The notes under the pieces: model-generated
The model's database searches: none
Told to the model about the DNA's origin: nothing
The model's input: only the letters and a program-made list of their open reading frames with translations
Translations under genes and position numbers: made by a program
Shown here: positions 48,291 through 60,459 of the stretch, piece after piece
Position numbering within the stretch: the first letter of the stretch is position 1
Layout: every line of letters begins with the position of its first letter
Assembly (NCBI GenBank): GCA_964016885.1
Contig: OZ024764.1
Location: forward strand, 7,316,001-7,380,000
DNA: 64,000 nucleotides
DNA from: Eledone cirrhosa
Lineage: Eukaryota
Direction: 5' to 3'

Positions 48291-50826
48291 TTTTTTTTTT
48301 TCCATTAGATTCTTAGTTTCTTTTTCAATTAGATTCTTTTTTTTTTTTCAATTAGTTTCTTTTTTTTTTCAATTAGATTCTTTTTTTTTTTTCTTCAATT
48401 AGATTCTTAATTTCTTTTCTTCAATTAGATTCTTAGTTCTTTTTTTTTTCTTCAATTAGATTCTTAATTTCTTTTCTTCAATTAGATTCTTAGTCTCTTT
48501 TTTAATTAGATTCTTAGTTTCTTTTTTTTTTAGACACTTCATTTAGATTCTTAATTTCTCTTTAGACACTTCATTTTCATTCTTCTTACTAAAGGGAGGG
48601 AACTCTTTAAAAGTATGAGTTGTCTCCCTTTAATAAAAAAAAAAAAATTATGAATTATTTCCCCTTAGTGAGAAGGTTATTACTGCGTTGTCTCCCTTTA
48701 ATGTAAAAAAAAAAAAACACGATTTTCCCCGCATAAGTATACCTTTGAAAGAATTCACGGAAGTCTTCGAATTTATTGAGACTGGGGTTTTAGACAGTCG
48801 GGATTTCTTTATTAACAAATTTTGTCTAAATGAACTGAACACAACTCGAATATAAAGTGTAAAGATTTTTTTTTTTTTATTAACAAAAACTTTATTCATA
48901 CAATTCGTAAATATTTCTTTTAACAGACACACTTCATCACTGTTCAGGAAACTTTCAGTGGTTGCAGCAAACAACACGGCATATGACCGAGAAGGGACAT
49001 CTGTATGAAATAAGAAAAACTATGAAAGTCATTTATATACATTGTCAATAAAATAAATTTAAAACTTTATCAAATTCTTCCAGTTTTGTCTTTTATTATG
49101 TATAGATATATATATATTATGTACGTATAAAATAATATGCATAAATATATAGTTTCGCCCGAATTAATTGAGAGTACCATTTTAAAATGATATATATCTT
49201 TCTGTTGGTATGATGTGAGTGTGAAAGACAAGCAAATAATGGGACGGTGGACCTCAAGTTATGGTGTCTGTCCTAAATAGAAAGCTAATCATAGCTATGA
49301 TAAAGTTAGAAGAGTGTTGTCTCTGATCGAGATGAAGCGAGAAGATATGAGAAAACAGCCGTTAAAACAAGTAAATACTGTCAAAGACAGCGATGGTCGA
49401 GAGAGAGACAATCCATAAGGTGGGTGACAGGCAGATTAAATATAATGCCTTTGTGGTACCAGCGGAAACATGAGCTTTAAGTCCTCCCAAATGAGAGACA
49501 TGATAATCCAATGGGAAATAAAAATACAAAGTAAGTTTCAATAAAATAAAACTTCGTAAAAATCCAAGTTTATTTTTTTCTGTAGGTTGGAAAACATGTT
49601 TAAAATTTAAGCAGAGAGTGGGGAGAGAGAAACCCAAAGGATCCGTTCTGTGTAAATCTGTATTGGTACCCCCTACCAAGAATGTAGATGAAGTGTCTAA
49701 AAACGAAACTACGTCGGTCTGTCTATTTCACACGACTCCCAAAAAAGACGAAGAGGATGTCCCAAGATAATCTGAAACTCGTCAACAAAAGTTGGAACGA
49801 TGTTATTGATAGATGTAACTGACCATGGAGGACATTGGTTGCTCGTATGTCTCAAGTCTAATTAGTTTTAGAGATAATTGCGACTATGACAAAGAGAAAG
49901 TCTTCCAAAACGAAGTCACAACTGAACAAAACAAAGGTGAACTAGAAATATAATATTTACCAAGTTACATCAACGTAACAAACTAACTAAAAATAGAGAG
50001 AAATACACAGAGATGTGTGTTCAATCATAGGTGATCAAAAACTACCTGAGTGACAAACATTAACTACGGAAGGAATGGTGAATATAAATCAATAAGAATA
50101 TATTAAAGTGTACTAACCGTTCGATTATGTTGGGGGTGTTGTATTAAAATGTGGTAAAAATACGAAGGTTTCATGTGGTATTTATTGGTTGATACCCGTC
50201 AACAAAAGTTGGAACAATGTATTGATAGATGCAACTGACAATGGTGATCGTTGGAACACTTTGGTTGCCTCGTATGTCTCAAGATATGGGAGTTTTAAGT
50301 CTAATATGTCTATCCCCCACGACTCCCAGGTGAGAGACAAGTACCCCTTCAACTGGAAAGAGGATGTCCCAAGATCGACTGGGACCTGAAAATTATTAAC
50401 AAAAGTTTGAACGATGTGTTGACAGATGTAACTGACCATGGTGGACTTGTGTCATGTGTCTCAAGAGTCTAATTAGTTTTAGAGATAATTGCGACTATGA
50501 TTTAAAATACTTATGATATTCTTACAGTTGCATAAACTAACAAAATTTCATGTGGTGGTTGATACTACATCAATGTTATAATCAAGCTCTCAGGGTGTTT
50601 TGGGGGTCACCCTGTATATTGAAAAACGTGAGGAGGGGTGGCAATAGCTAAACAAAGTTATCGTTTAATAAGTTATTGGTGACATTATGGAGGGAAATAA
50701 ATATGCAATATTTCAATGAAAGACTTCAACATAATATAAAGCTTTACTTTACCTTCGTAAAAATGGTAAAAATCCAAGTTTTTAACGTTTATTTTCTACA
50801 GGTTAAAAAATACTTGTAAAATTTCA

Positions 50827-50871
50827 GCGGCCATTTGTTTTCTGAAAAATGGCATCAATTGCGCATGCGCA
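50827..50871. promoter_or_regulatory. Candidate housekeeping-type promoter motifs (two YY1-like sites and an NRF1 palindrome)
   Basis: GCGGCCATTT (50827), AAAATGGC (50846) and a perfect TGCGCATGCGCA (50860-50871) within 45 bp. Confidence 0.4.
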
Positions 50872-51120
50872 GAATATTTTATCTACATATATACAACTAT
50901 AATAATTGTTTCTATTTTTTGGCACAAGGACAGCAATGTATTACTGGTACTTTATTTTATCGATCCCCGTAAGGATGAAAGGCAAAGTTAACCTCGGCAG
51001 GATTTGAACCCAGGCCATAAAGGGCCGGAACTCGACTACAAAACATGGCGTCCGACTTTGTTTCTACTTTAGGCACAAGGCCAGCAATTTGTATATCGAT
51101 GTATATACACATATACACAT

Positions 51121-51223
51121 ATAGGGTGTCCGCCAAAAATGTAAACATAGTTCAACAGCATTCTAATAAATTCTGCATGTACAGGTAATCAAAGTGTGTA
51201 TACATTTTTTGGAGACACCTTAT
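51121..51223. mobile_element. ~100-bp Tc1/mariner-like MITE (partial inverted copy at 16590-16668)
   Basis: Ends TAGGGTGTCCGCCAAAAATGTA / TACATTTTTTGGAGACACCTTA in TA context. Confidence 0.6.
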
Positions 51224-51279
51224 ATATATACATAGATATCCACATCATTCTCATTTGTCATGCTCATAGTTTTTGGCAT

Positions 51280-53215
51280 GGACTGGGTGCTTTCATTCGT
51301 GCCACAAGCGCTAGCGAGGTTGTCATACTAGACTCAGGGGCTCTCTCTACCACTCCACTTTACAACTGGGTGCTTTTATTTGTGCCACCAGCACTAGGGA
51401 GCTTGTCTTACTGGACATATTGAAAAAAAGTAAGGAGGGTAGCAATAGCTAAACAAAATTATCATTCTTTTATTCGTGCCACCAGCACTAGAGAGGTTGT
51501 CTTACTAGACTCAGGGGCCCTCTCTACCCATAGATTTTACAGCATGTACTGGGTGCTTTTATTCGTGCCACCAGCACTAGAGAGGTTGTCTTACTGGACT
51601 CAGGGGCCCTCTTTACCCCTACACTTTCCAGCACTAGAAAGGTTGTCTTACTAGACTCAGGGGCCCTCCATTTTACAGCATGGACTGAGTGCTTTTATTC
51701 GTGCCACCAGTACTAGAGAGGTTGTCTTACTAGACTCAGGGGCCCTCCATTTTACAGCATGGACTGAGTGCTTTTATTCATGCCACCAGTACTAGAGGGG
51801 ATGTCTTACTAGACTCAGGGGCCCTCCATTTTACATAGACTGGGTGCTTTTATTCGTCTCACCAGCACTAGAGAGGTTGTCTTACTGGACTCAGGGGGCC
51901 CTCTTTACCCCTACACTTTCCAGCATGGACTGGGTGCTTTTTATTCGTGCCACCAGCACTAGAAAGGTTGTCTTACTAGACTCAGGGGCCCTCCATTTTA
52001 CATAGACTGGGTGCTTTTATTCGTCTCACCAGCACTAGAGAGGTTGTCTTACTGGACTCAGGGGCCCTCTTTACCCCTACACTTTACAGCATGGACTGGG
52101 TGCTTTTATTCATGCCACCAGTACTAGAAAGGTTGTCTTCCTAGACTCAGGGGCCCTCCGTTTTACAGCATGGACCGAGTGCTTTTATTCATGCCACCAG
52201 TACTAGAGAGGTTGTCTTACTAGACTCAGGGGCTCTCCATTTTACAGCATGGACTGAGTGCTTTTATTCGTGCCACCAGTACTAGAGAGGTTGTCTTACT
52301 AGACTCAGGGGCCCTCCATTTTACATAGACTGGGTGCTTTTATTCGTCTCACCAGCACTAGAGAGGTTGTCTTACTAGACTCAGGGGCCCTCCATTTTAC
52401 ATAGACTGGGTGCTTTTATTCGTCTCACCAGCAGTAGAGAGGTTGTCTTACTAGACTCAGGGGCCCTCCATTTTACAGCATGGACTGAGTGCTTTTATTC
52501 ATGCCACCAGTACTAAAAAGGTTGTCTTCCTAGACTCAGGGGCCCTCCATTTTACAGCATGGACTGAGTGCTTTTATTCATGCCACCAGTACTAGAGAGG
52601 TTGTCTTACTAGACTCAGGGGCCCTCCATTTTACAGCATGGACCGAGTGCTTTTATTCATGCCACCAGTACTAGAGAGGTTGTCTTACTAGACTCAGGGG
52701 CCCTCCATTTTACAGCATGGACTGAGTGCTTTTATTCATGCCACCAGTACTAGAGAGGTTGTCTTACTAGACTCAGGGGCCCTCCGTTTTACAGCATGGA
52801 CCGAGTGCTTTTATTCATGCCACCAGTACTAGAGAGGTTGTCTTACTAGACTCAGGGGCCCTCCGTTTTACAGCATGGACCGAGTGCTTTTATTCATGCC
52901 ACCAGTACTAGAGAGGTTGTCTTACTAGACTCAGGGGCCCTCCATTTTACATAGACTGGGTGCTTTTATTCGTCTCACCAGCACTAGAGAGGTTGTCTTA
53001 CTAGACTGAGGGGCCCTCCATTTTACATAGACTGGGTGCTTTTATTTGTCTCACCAGCACTAGAGAGGTTGTCTTACTGGACTCAGGGGCCCTCTTTACC
53101 CCTACATTTTACAGCATGGACTGGGTGCTTTTTATTCATGCCACCAGCACTAGAAAGGTTGTCTTACTAGACTCAGGGGCCCTCTCTACCCCTCCATTTT
53201 ACAGCATGGACTGTA
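51280..53215. repeat. ~79-bp satellite with length variants (roughly 22 units)
   Basis: Unit GACTGAGTGCTTTTATTCATGCCACCAGTACTAGAGAGGTTGTCTTACTAGACTCAGGGGCCCTCCATTTTACAGCATG. Confidence 0.93.
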
Positions 53216-54029
53216 AAGTGGAGGAGTAGAAGTTTCATTTACATATCTAATATGCAAATGAGCTTTGATGTTTCATTTACATATTAGAAGAAATTTTATT
53301 AGAAAGAATCTTAATTACATTTTTGAAGTTTCATTTAGAACTTTAATTACATTCTTGGGAGACAGTTGGATCTGAACCTTCTTAATTTAGTTTCTGATTC
53401 TTAAAACCCACAATTTTACTTCCATTCTTAGAACTCCTTGACATTCTTGGAAGACAGTTGGATTCGAACCTTAGATTCTTCTTTCTACATTCTAAACTTG
53501 ACTCTTAGATTCTAACCCTTGATACTTCTTACTACATTCTTGCCTTACTTCGATTCGAACCTTTGATACTTTTTTCAGAGGGGAGTCTTGTACTCTCATA
53601 AGCGACACACCAGAGAACCTCCACATACTTTGGGGATTTAAGGCAACAAGACAATCGCCGACTAATTAACAATATTAAATGGTGATTACAGTTTCAGAAA
53701 ATATTTACCACTGCTGAAGAATTGAATCAACAATTTACGGTCTTTGATCTCAATCTTGAAAGAAACATTTAAATCCACCGAAATATTTGCTAAAGACAAC
53801 AGAGCTGCTACAGGGAAAACTAGGAAGAGTTTTAAAACAAAATACATTAAATATATTTCCTGTGAATAAAAAAGAAACATGTTGAATTTTATTATTAAAT
53901 CCCTGCATTTTATTGTTTATTTTCAACATTAATTTTGTGAATAAAAAACAAACACATAGGTTTTTTTATTAAAATAACAATAGTGCTTAAATAAATATAT
54001 TCTACATGCCCGCACCATGGATGAAACTT

Positions 54030-54345
54030 AAGGGGCAGTCTGTCTTGTGGTTCTGGAGCTAGGGAGACACTTGTGGGTAGCTAACTCCGTTCCGATAGTC
54101 TTGCAAAGGGGGATTTGGTCAAGCGGTGGGGACAAGAACACTGGGAGTCTCCACTGCCAAAATCTCAATAACAAACATATCAAAGGGTGGCCGATACTTT
54201 GACATGACGAGCAGCAAAGCCTGGGCTGGTCACTGAGCACACAATGTTGTCACTTGAGAAAATGTCACAACGTATGACATCCTTCCTAAACGAAGGGCCT
54301 ACCCTTACGGAGCGGGAAGGTTGTCATGCCGTTAATCGATATGTT
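54030..54345 (-). mobile_element. Third, more decayed CRE-like endonuclease fragment
   Basis: Reads NGMTTFPLRKGRP...SPGFAARH...LAVETPSVL; TTGGCAGTGGAGACT is shared with the 41740-42040 copy. Confidence 0.6.
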
Positions 54346-54689
54346 AACAGCTATGATTACGAGAAGGACAGACATACAGGAGAGAGAAAGTTCTTTAATA
54401 AGTAGGTTTCCCTGTCACAGTCCTCACCCCACAGGCTGGAGGGAGAGGGTTGGTAGAAATATCGGCCTACAATCTCATGAAATATCTCTGAGTAACTGGG
54501 TGGAACAGGACCAAAGTACTAAAGACTATAGCAGAGGAGGTGGAGAGGAGTTCCAGCTGGATCTGGTAGAGGAAGAACAACAAAGGTGATCTCCATCCAG
54601 ATTAAGTGACCCACACACAACAGGTTAACGAGTCAGGTGGCTTTATTATTAAATTCATTCATGGCTGTGTATTGGTAGTATCGGTAGAG

Positions 54690-57600
54690 CGTCGGGCAAT
54701 ATGCTGGCCGTAGGAGATTCATTACTTTAGCCCTCTAGCCTGGGTTTAAGTGGCCGTAGGAGATACTATGGGAAGTCTGTGCACTAAAACTACTCCTTTC
54801 GACCTCTAAGCAGACACCAACTATGGTTTAGCTGGCTAGCACCGACCATGGTTTAGGAGATACTATGGGAAGTATACGTCTTTAAAGTGTTTCAATCACC
54901 CTCTCACCTGGCATTGTCGAGGGTTTAGCTGGCCGTAAAGAATCCTATGAGAAGTTTAGGCCCGTAAACTGTTCATTTCACCTGCTAGGTAAGCATTGAC
55001 CATGGTTTAACTGGCTGTGGGAGAGCGTATTAGTATATGGCTTATTTCGCCTGCTGTCACCAAAGGATCCACAATTGATGAACAAGTTTGTCATCAGCAA
55101 ATTTCAAAGGACAACTATAAGTGTACTCCCACACACATATATATATTGCAAGACTTGCCTCATAGCATGGATGACCCATGGAAAATATTTGGTATTGACA
55201 AAGGTTTAGCTAGCCATTGACCAGGGTTTGGCCGTACGACATGCTATGTGAAGTATATGCTCTAAAACTGCTTCTTTTGTCCTTTAAGCTTGTGGTGACC
55301 AGGGTTTAGCTGGCTGTAGGAGATTGTATGGGACATATACACCCTAAAGCTGGGCATTGACCAAGGTTTAGCTGGCTGTATGAGATCCTACAGAAGAGAC
55401 AAAGGCGGTGACAGTGAGAGTTTGGTTTCTTTGTGTTCGGATCTAGTGTATATGTTTCACGGACAAACAATTACATAATTTGACTTTGTAACATATATAG
55501 TTACTAGTAAAAACATTTCTGATTTATAATTTGAAAACAAAACTCTTTGTCATCAACCATCAACACACTGACAATTTTCTTGTGAAAAAATGTTCCAAAC
55601 GGATTACTTCCATTCATTTCGTTCACATATATATTTTTTCAACAAATAATTAAAATATAGATTAAAATATAGATTACTTACCTCCATCTAGACATCAGTC
55701 CAGCCACATTAATAACATTCATTAGTAAGTGGAAGACAATTAATATGTGAATAATACATAAACGGTTAATTAAACTGATATTTTATTAGTGTTCAGGTAC
55801 ACTAGTTCTCAACAACACCCAGATGGTGTCATGCTAAACTTAATGAGGGGTGGGACACTTGGAGAGGAGATGGGCACTGCCAAATATTTCTAAGGCTTGC
55901 TGAAATATCATGATGGAGAGACAGTAAAACATATAGAGTAGCACCCCAACAGCTGGCTGTACCAGCTATGGGAATAGAGTAGCACCCCAACAGCTGGCTG
56001 TACCAGCTATGGGAATAGAGTAGCACCCCAACAGCTGGCTGTACCAGCTATGGGGAACTGATTAATGTATATTACGGCTCCCACTAATTCTCCATAATGT
56101 TCAGTTGAATAACATCTACAATATAAAGGTAATAATTTACATTTAGTGTGTGACCGCACCCTCATTGGTCTGTGGCATTGACCAAGGTTTAGCTGACCGT
56201 AGGTCATATGGGGAGTATATACCCTAAAACTGATTTTTTTTTGCCCTCTAACCTGGCATTGACCAGAGTTTAGCTGGCCGTAGGATGTTATGTGAAGTAT
56301 ATGCCCTAAGACTGCTTCTAGTGACCAGGCTTTAGCTGGCTGTAGAAGATCCATTACTTTAGCCCTCTAACCTGGCATTGACCAGAGTTTAGCTGGCCGT
56401 AGGATGTTATGTGAAGTATATGCCCTAAGACTGCTTCTAGTGACCAGGCTTTAGCTGGCTGTAGAAGATCCATTACTTTAGCCCTCTAACCTGGCATGGA
56501 CCAGAGTTTAGCTGGCCGTAGGATGTTATGTGAAGTATATGCCCTAAGACTGCTTCTAGTGACCAGGCTTTAGCTGGCTGTAGAAGATCCATTACTTTAG
56601 CCCTCTAACCTGGCATTGACCAGAGTTTAGCTGGCCGTAGGATGTTATGTGAAGTATATGCCCTAAGACTGCTTCTAGTGACCAGGCTTTAGCTGGCTGT
56701 AGAAGATCCATTACTTTAGCCCTCTAACCTGGCATGGGCCAGGATTTAGCTGGAGACCCTATGGTACGTATACACCCTAAAACTGCTTCGTTCACCCTCT
56801 AATCTGTTATTGTGCATCATATATATAGTGTGTATATATAATGTATGAGTTATCTGGTGCCTTGTGGGTTTTAATAAAAGCCTTAGTTTGTACATCCCAC
56901 ACCTATCTACGTTTAGCTGGACCCCTAAAAAGATTGTATCTAAGTGTTTTAATGACAGCAGCCAAATACCACTGCCCTCACCTATCTAAGTTTAGCTGGC
57001 CCCCTAACGAAATTGTATCAAGTGTTTTAACTCTTTAGTATTTACATTACTCTATATTTACGATTGTATAATCTATGAAATTTTGGTATTATTTATTTTG
57101 AGAACGGTGGATTGGCAGTATCAGTAGAGGGTCGGACGCCATGCTTTCCAGCATAGTTACGTCCCTTTACGGTCTGAGTTCAAATCCCGCCGAGGTTGAC
57201 TTTGCCTTTCATCCTTACGGGGTCGATAAAATAAAGTACCAGTAATGCACTGGGTAATTGCTGGCCTTGTGCCTAAAGTAGAAACAATTATTTATTTTGA
57301 GAACAATACCTTAACATCAGTATGAATGACCGGTTTGCACAGAAAGAGGCGAGAGAATTCTGACTGGTTACGGCCGGTTTGAACACTAAAGGGTTAATGA
57401 TAGGGGCCAAATACCACTACCCCCACCTATCTAAGTTTAGCTGGATCTCTGAGGTTGTATCAAGTGTTTTAATGATAGGGACCTTATACTACAGCCCACA
57501 CCTATATAAGTTTAGCTGAACCCTAAATGACAGAAGCCCCTGGTGTACAGCCCACATATATGTAATTTTAGCTGGACCCCTAATGAGATTGTATCAATGG

Positions 57601-57870
57601 TTTTGATGATAGGGATCTGTCGCACAGCCCACACCTATATAGGCTTAACTGGCTCCCTAATGAGGACATATCTCCAATGTTTTAATGATAGGGGCTACAG
57701 GTTTATAGCCAAACACCTATATAAGTTTAGCTGAACCCTAACGAGGTTCTATTTTAAGTATTTTAATGACAGAAGCCTCTGGTGTACATCCCATATATAT
57801 GTAATTTTAGCTGGACCCCTAATGAGATTGTATCTTAAGTGTTTTAATGATAGGGGACAAATACTACTGC
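54690..57870. repeat. Degenerate repeat field built on a GTTTAGCTGG core, including a 119-bp tandem array (56251-56755)
   Basis: More than 20 occurrences of GTTTAGCTG-type cores in two sub-families; period 119 at 56251, 56370, 56489, 56608. Confidence 0.8.
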
Positions 57871-58032
57871 CCACATTTTAAATTTCAATTTTTTTTTAAC
57901 CCTGTCTTATAATAGGGGAAACTAGGTAAATCATTGCGAATGATGCCAAGAAATTACTGGAATGTTAACAACACCCAGTGTTGGTGGTAGGTATATAATG
58001 TAGGGTACGTGGCCCCCGGCTGTGTGTGTGTT

Positions 58033-58128
58033 TTACTGGCAAAGTCGTATGAGACGATTTGTGACAATCAGGAAGTCTTCATCTTGGAGGTCTTTCAGGG
58101 CTTCTTCAAACAATTCCCTAGTGACAGG
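58033..58128 (-). CDS. MCM4: Terminal coding exon of DNA replication licensing factor MCM4 (upstream exons beyond the window end)
   Basis: Acceptor tttcttttgtcatttcag| then phase-0 PVTRELFEEALKDLQDEDFLIVTNRLIRLCQ*; resembles the metazoan MCM4 C-terminus as I recall it (human ..[30 protein letters not shown]). Confidence 0.85.
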   Translation of the reverse strand, partial: PVTRELFEEALKDLQDEDFLIVTNRLIRLCQ

Positions 58129-58182
58129 CTGAAATGACAAAAGAAACATTTATAAGTATGTATATAGAAGTAGTTGATAAAT

Positions 58183-60265
58183 CCTGCTACCTCGGTGATC
58201 TAGTTAGCAGTGGAGAAGGTTGCACTGAGAACATAGCACCAGTTACTCAGCCTGCTACCTCGGTGATCGAGTTAGCAGTGGAGAAGGTTGCACTGAGAAC
58301 ATAGCACCAGTTACTCAGCCTGCTACCTCGGTGATCGAGTTAGCAGTGGAGAAGGTTGCACTGAGAACATAGCACCACTTACTCAGCCTGCTACCTCAGT
58401 GATCTAGTTAGCAGTGGAGAAGGTTGCACTGAGAACATAGCACCACTTACTCAGCCTGCTACCTCTGTGATCTAGTTAGCAGTGGAGAAGGTTGCACTGA
58501 GAACATAGCACCAGTTACTCAGCCTGCTACCTCGGTGATCGAGTTAGCAGTGGAGAAGGTTGCACTGAGAACATAGCACCACTTACTCAGCCTGCTATCT
58601 CAGTGATCGAGTTAGCAGTGGAGAAGGTTGCACTGAGAACATAGCACCACTTACTCAGCCTGCTACCTCAGTGATCTAGTTAGCAGTGGAGAAGGTTGCA
58701 CTGAGAACATAGCACCACTTACTCAGCCTGCTACCTCAGTGATCTAGTTAGCAGTGGAGAAGGTTGCACTGAGAACATAGCACCACTTACTCAGCCTGCT
58801 ACCTCAGTGATCTAGTTAGCAGTGGAGAAGGTTGCACTGAGAACATAGCACCAGTTACTCAGCCTGCTACCTCGGTGATCTAGTTAGCAGTGGAGAAGGT
58901 TGCACTGAGAACATAGCACCACTTACTCAGCCTGCTACCTCGGTGATCTAGTTAGCAGTGGAGAAGGTTGCACTGAGAACATAGCACCAGTTACTCAGCC
59001 TGCTACCTCGGTGATCTAGTTAGCAGTGGAGAAGGTTGCACTGAGAACATAGCACCACTTACTCAGCCTGCTACCTCGGTGATCTAGTTAGCAGTGGAGA
59101 AGGTTGCACTGAGAACATAGCACCAGTTACTCAGCCTGCTACCTCGGTGATCTAGTTAGCAGTGGAGAAGGTTGCACTGAGAACATAGCACCACTTACTC
59201 AGCCTGCTATCTCAGTGATCGAGTTAGCAGTGGAGAAGGTTGCACTGAGAACATAGCACCACTTACTCAGCCTGCTACCTCGGTGATCTAGTTAGTAGTG
59301 GAGAAGGTTGCACTGAGAACATAGCACCAGTTACTCAGCCTGCTACCTCGGTGATCTAGTTAGCAGTGGAGAAGGTTGCACTGAGAACATAGCACCACTT
59401 ACTCAGCCTGCTATCTCAGTGATCGAGTTAGCAGTGGAGAAGGTTGCACTGAGAACATAGCACCACTTACTCAGCCTGCTACCTCGGTGATCTAGTTAGC
59501 AGTGGAGAAGGTTGCACTGAGAACATAGCACCACTTACTCAGCCTGCTATCTCAGTGATCGAGTTAGCAGTGGAGAAGGTTGCACTGAGAACATAGCACC
59601 ACTTACTCAGCCTGCTACCTCGGTGATCTAGTTAGCAGTGGAGAAGGTTGCACTGAGAACATAGCACCACTTACTCAGCCTGCTACCTCGGTGATCTAGT
59701 TAGCAGTGGAGAAGGTTGCACTGAGAACATAGCACCAGTTACTCAGCCTGCTACCTCGGTGATCTAGTTAGCAGTGGAGAAGGTTGCACTGAGAACATAG
59801 CACCAGTTACTCAGCCTGCTATCTCAGTGATCTAGTTAGCAGTGGAGAAGGTTGCACTGAGAACATAGCACCAGTTACTCAGCCTGCTACCTCGGTGATC
59901 TAGTTAGCAGTGGAGAAGGTTGCACTGAGAACATAGCACCACTTACTCAGCCTGCTATCTCAGTGATCTAGTTAGCAGTGGAGAAGGTTGCACTGAGAAC
60001 ATAGCACCAGTTAGTTAGCAGTGGAGAAGGTTGCACTGAGAACATAGCACCAGTTACTCAGCCTGCTACCTCGGTGATCTAGTTAGCAGTGGAGAAGGTT
60101 GCACTGAGAACATAGCACCACTTACTCAGCCTGCTACCTCAGTGATCTAGTTAGCAGTGGAGAAGGTTGCACTGAGAACATAGCACCACTTACTCAGCCT
60201 GCTACCTCGGTGATCAAGTTAGCAGTGGAGAAGGTTGCACTGAGAACATAGCACCAGTTACTCAG
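58183..60265 (+). repeat. 68-bp satellite (~30 units) derived from RTE coding sequence plus a SINE junction
   Basis: First unit with its flank translates IEVVDKSCYLGDLVSSGEGCTENIA, equivalent to RTE IEIVDSFRYLGDKISSGGGCSESTVA; last unit runs on into CCAGTTACTCAGCTGTAGAAA (compare SINE at ~26190). Confidence 0.92.
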
Positions 60266-60459
60266 CTGTAGAAAGGAGTTGCAACTCCACTGGCACCAAG
60301 CTGTATCGGTCATTGCCTTTCCCTACGTCACAGCTGTATTGGCCTTTCCCTTGGACATCGGTGGGAGACTGGTGTGCTTGGACAACTGCTGGTCTTCCAC
60401 AAACAACCTTGCCCAGGCTTGTATCTTAAATAACTTTCTAGGTGCAAATCCCATGGTCA

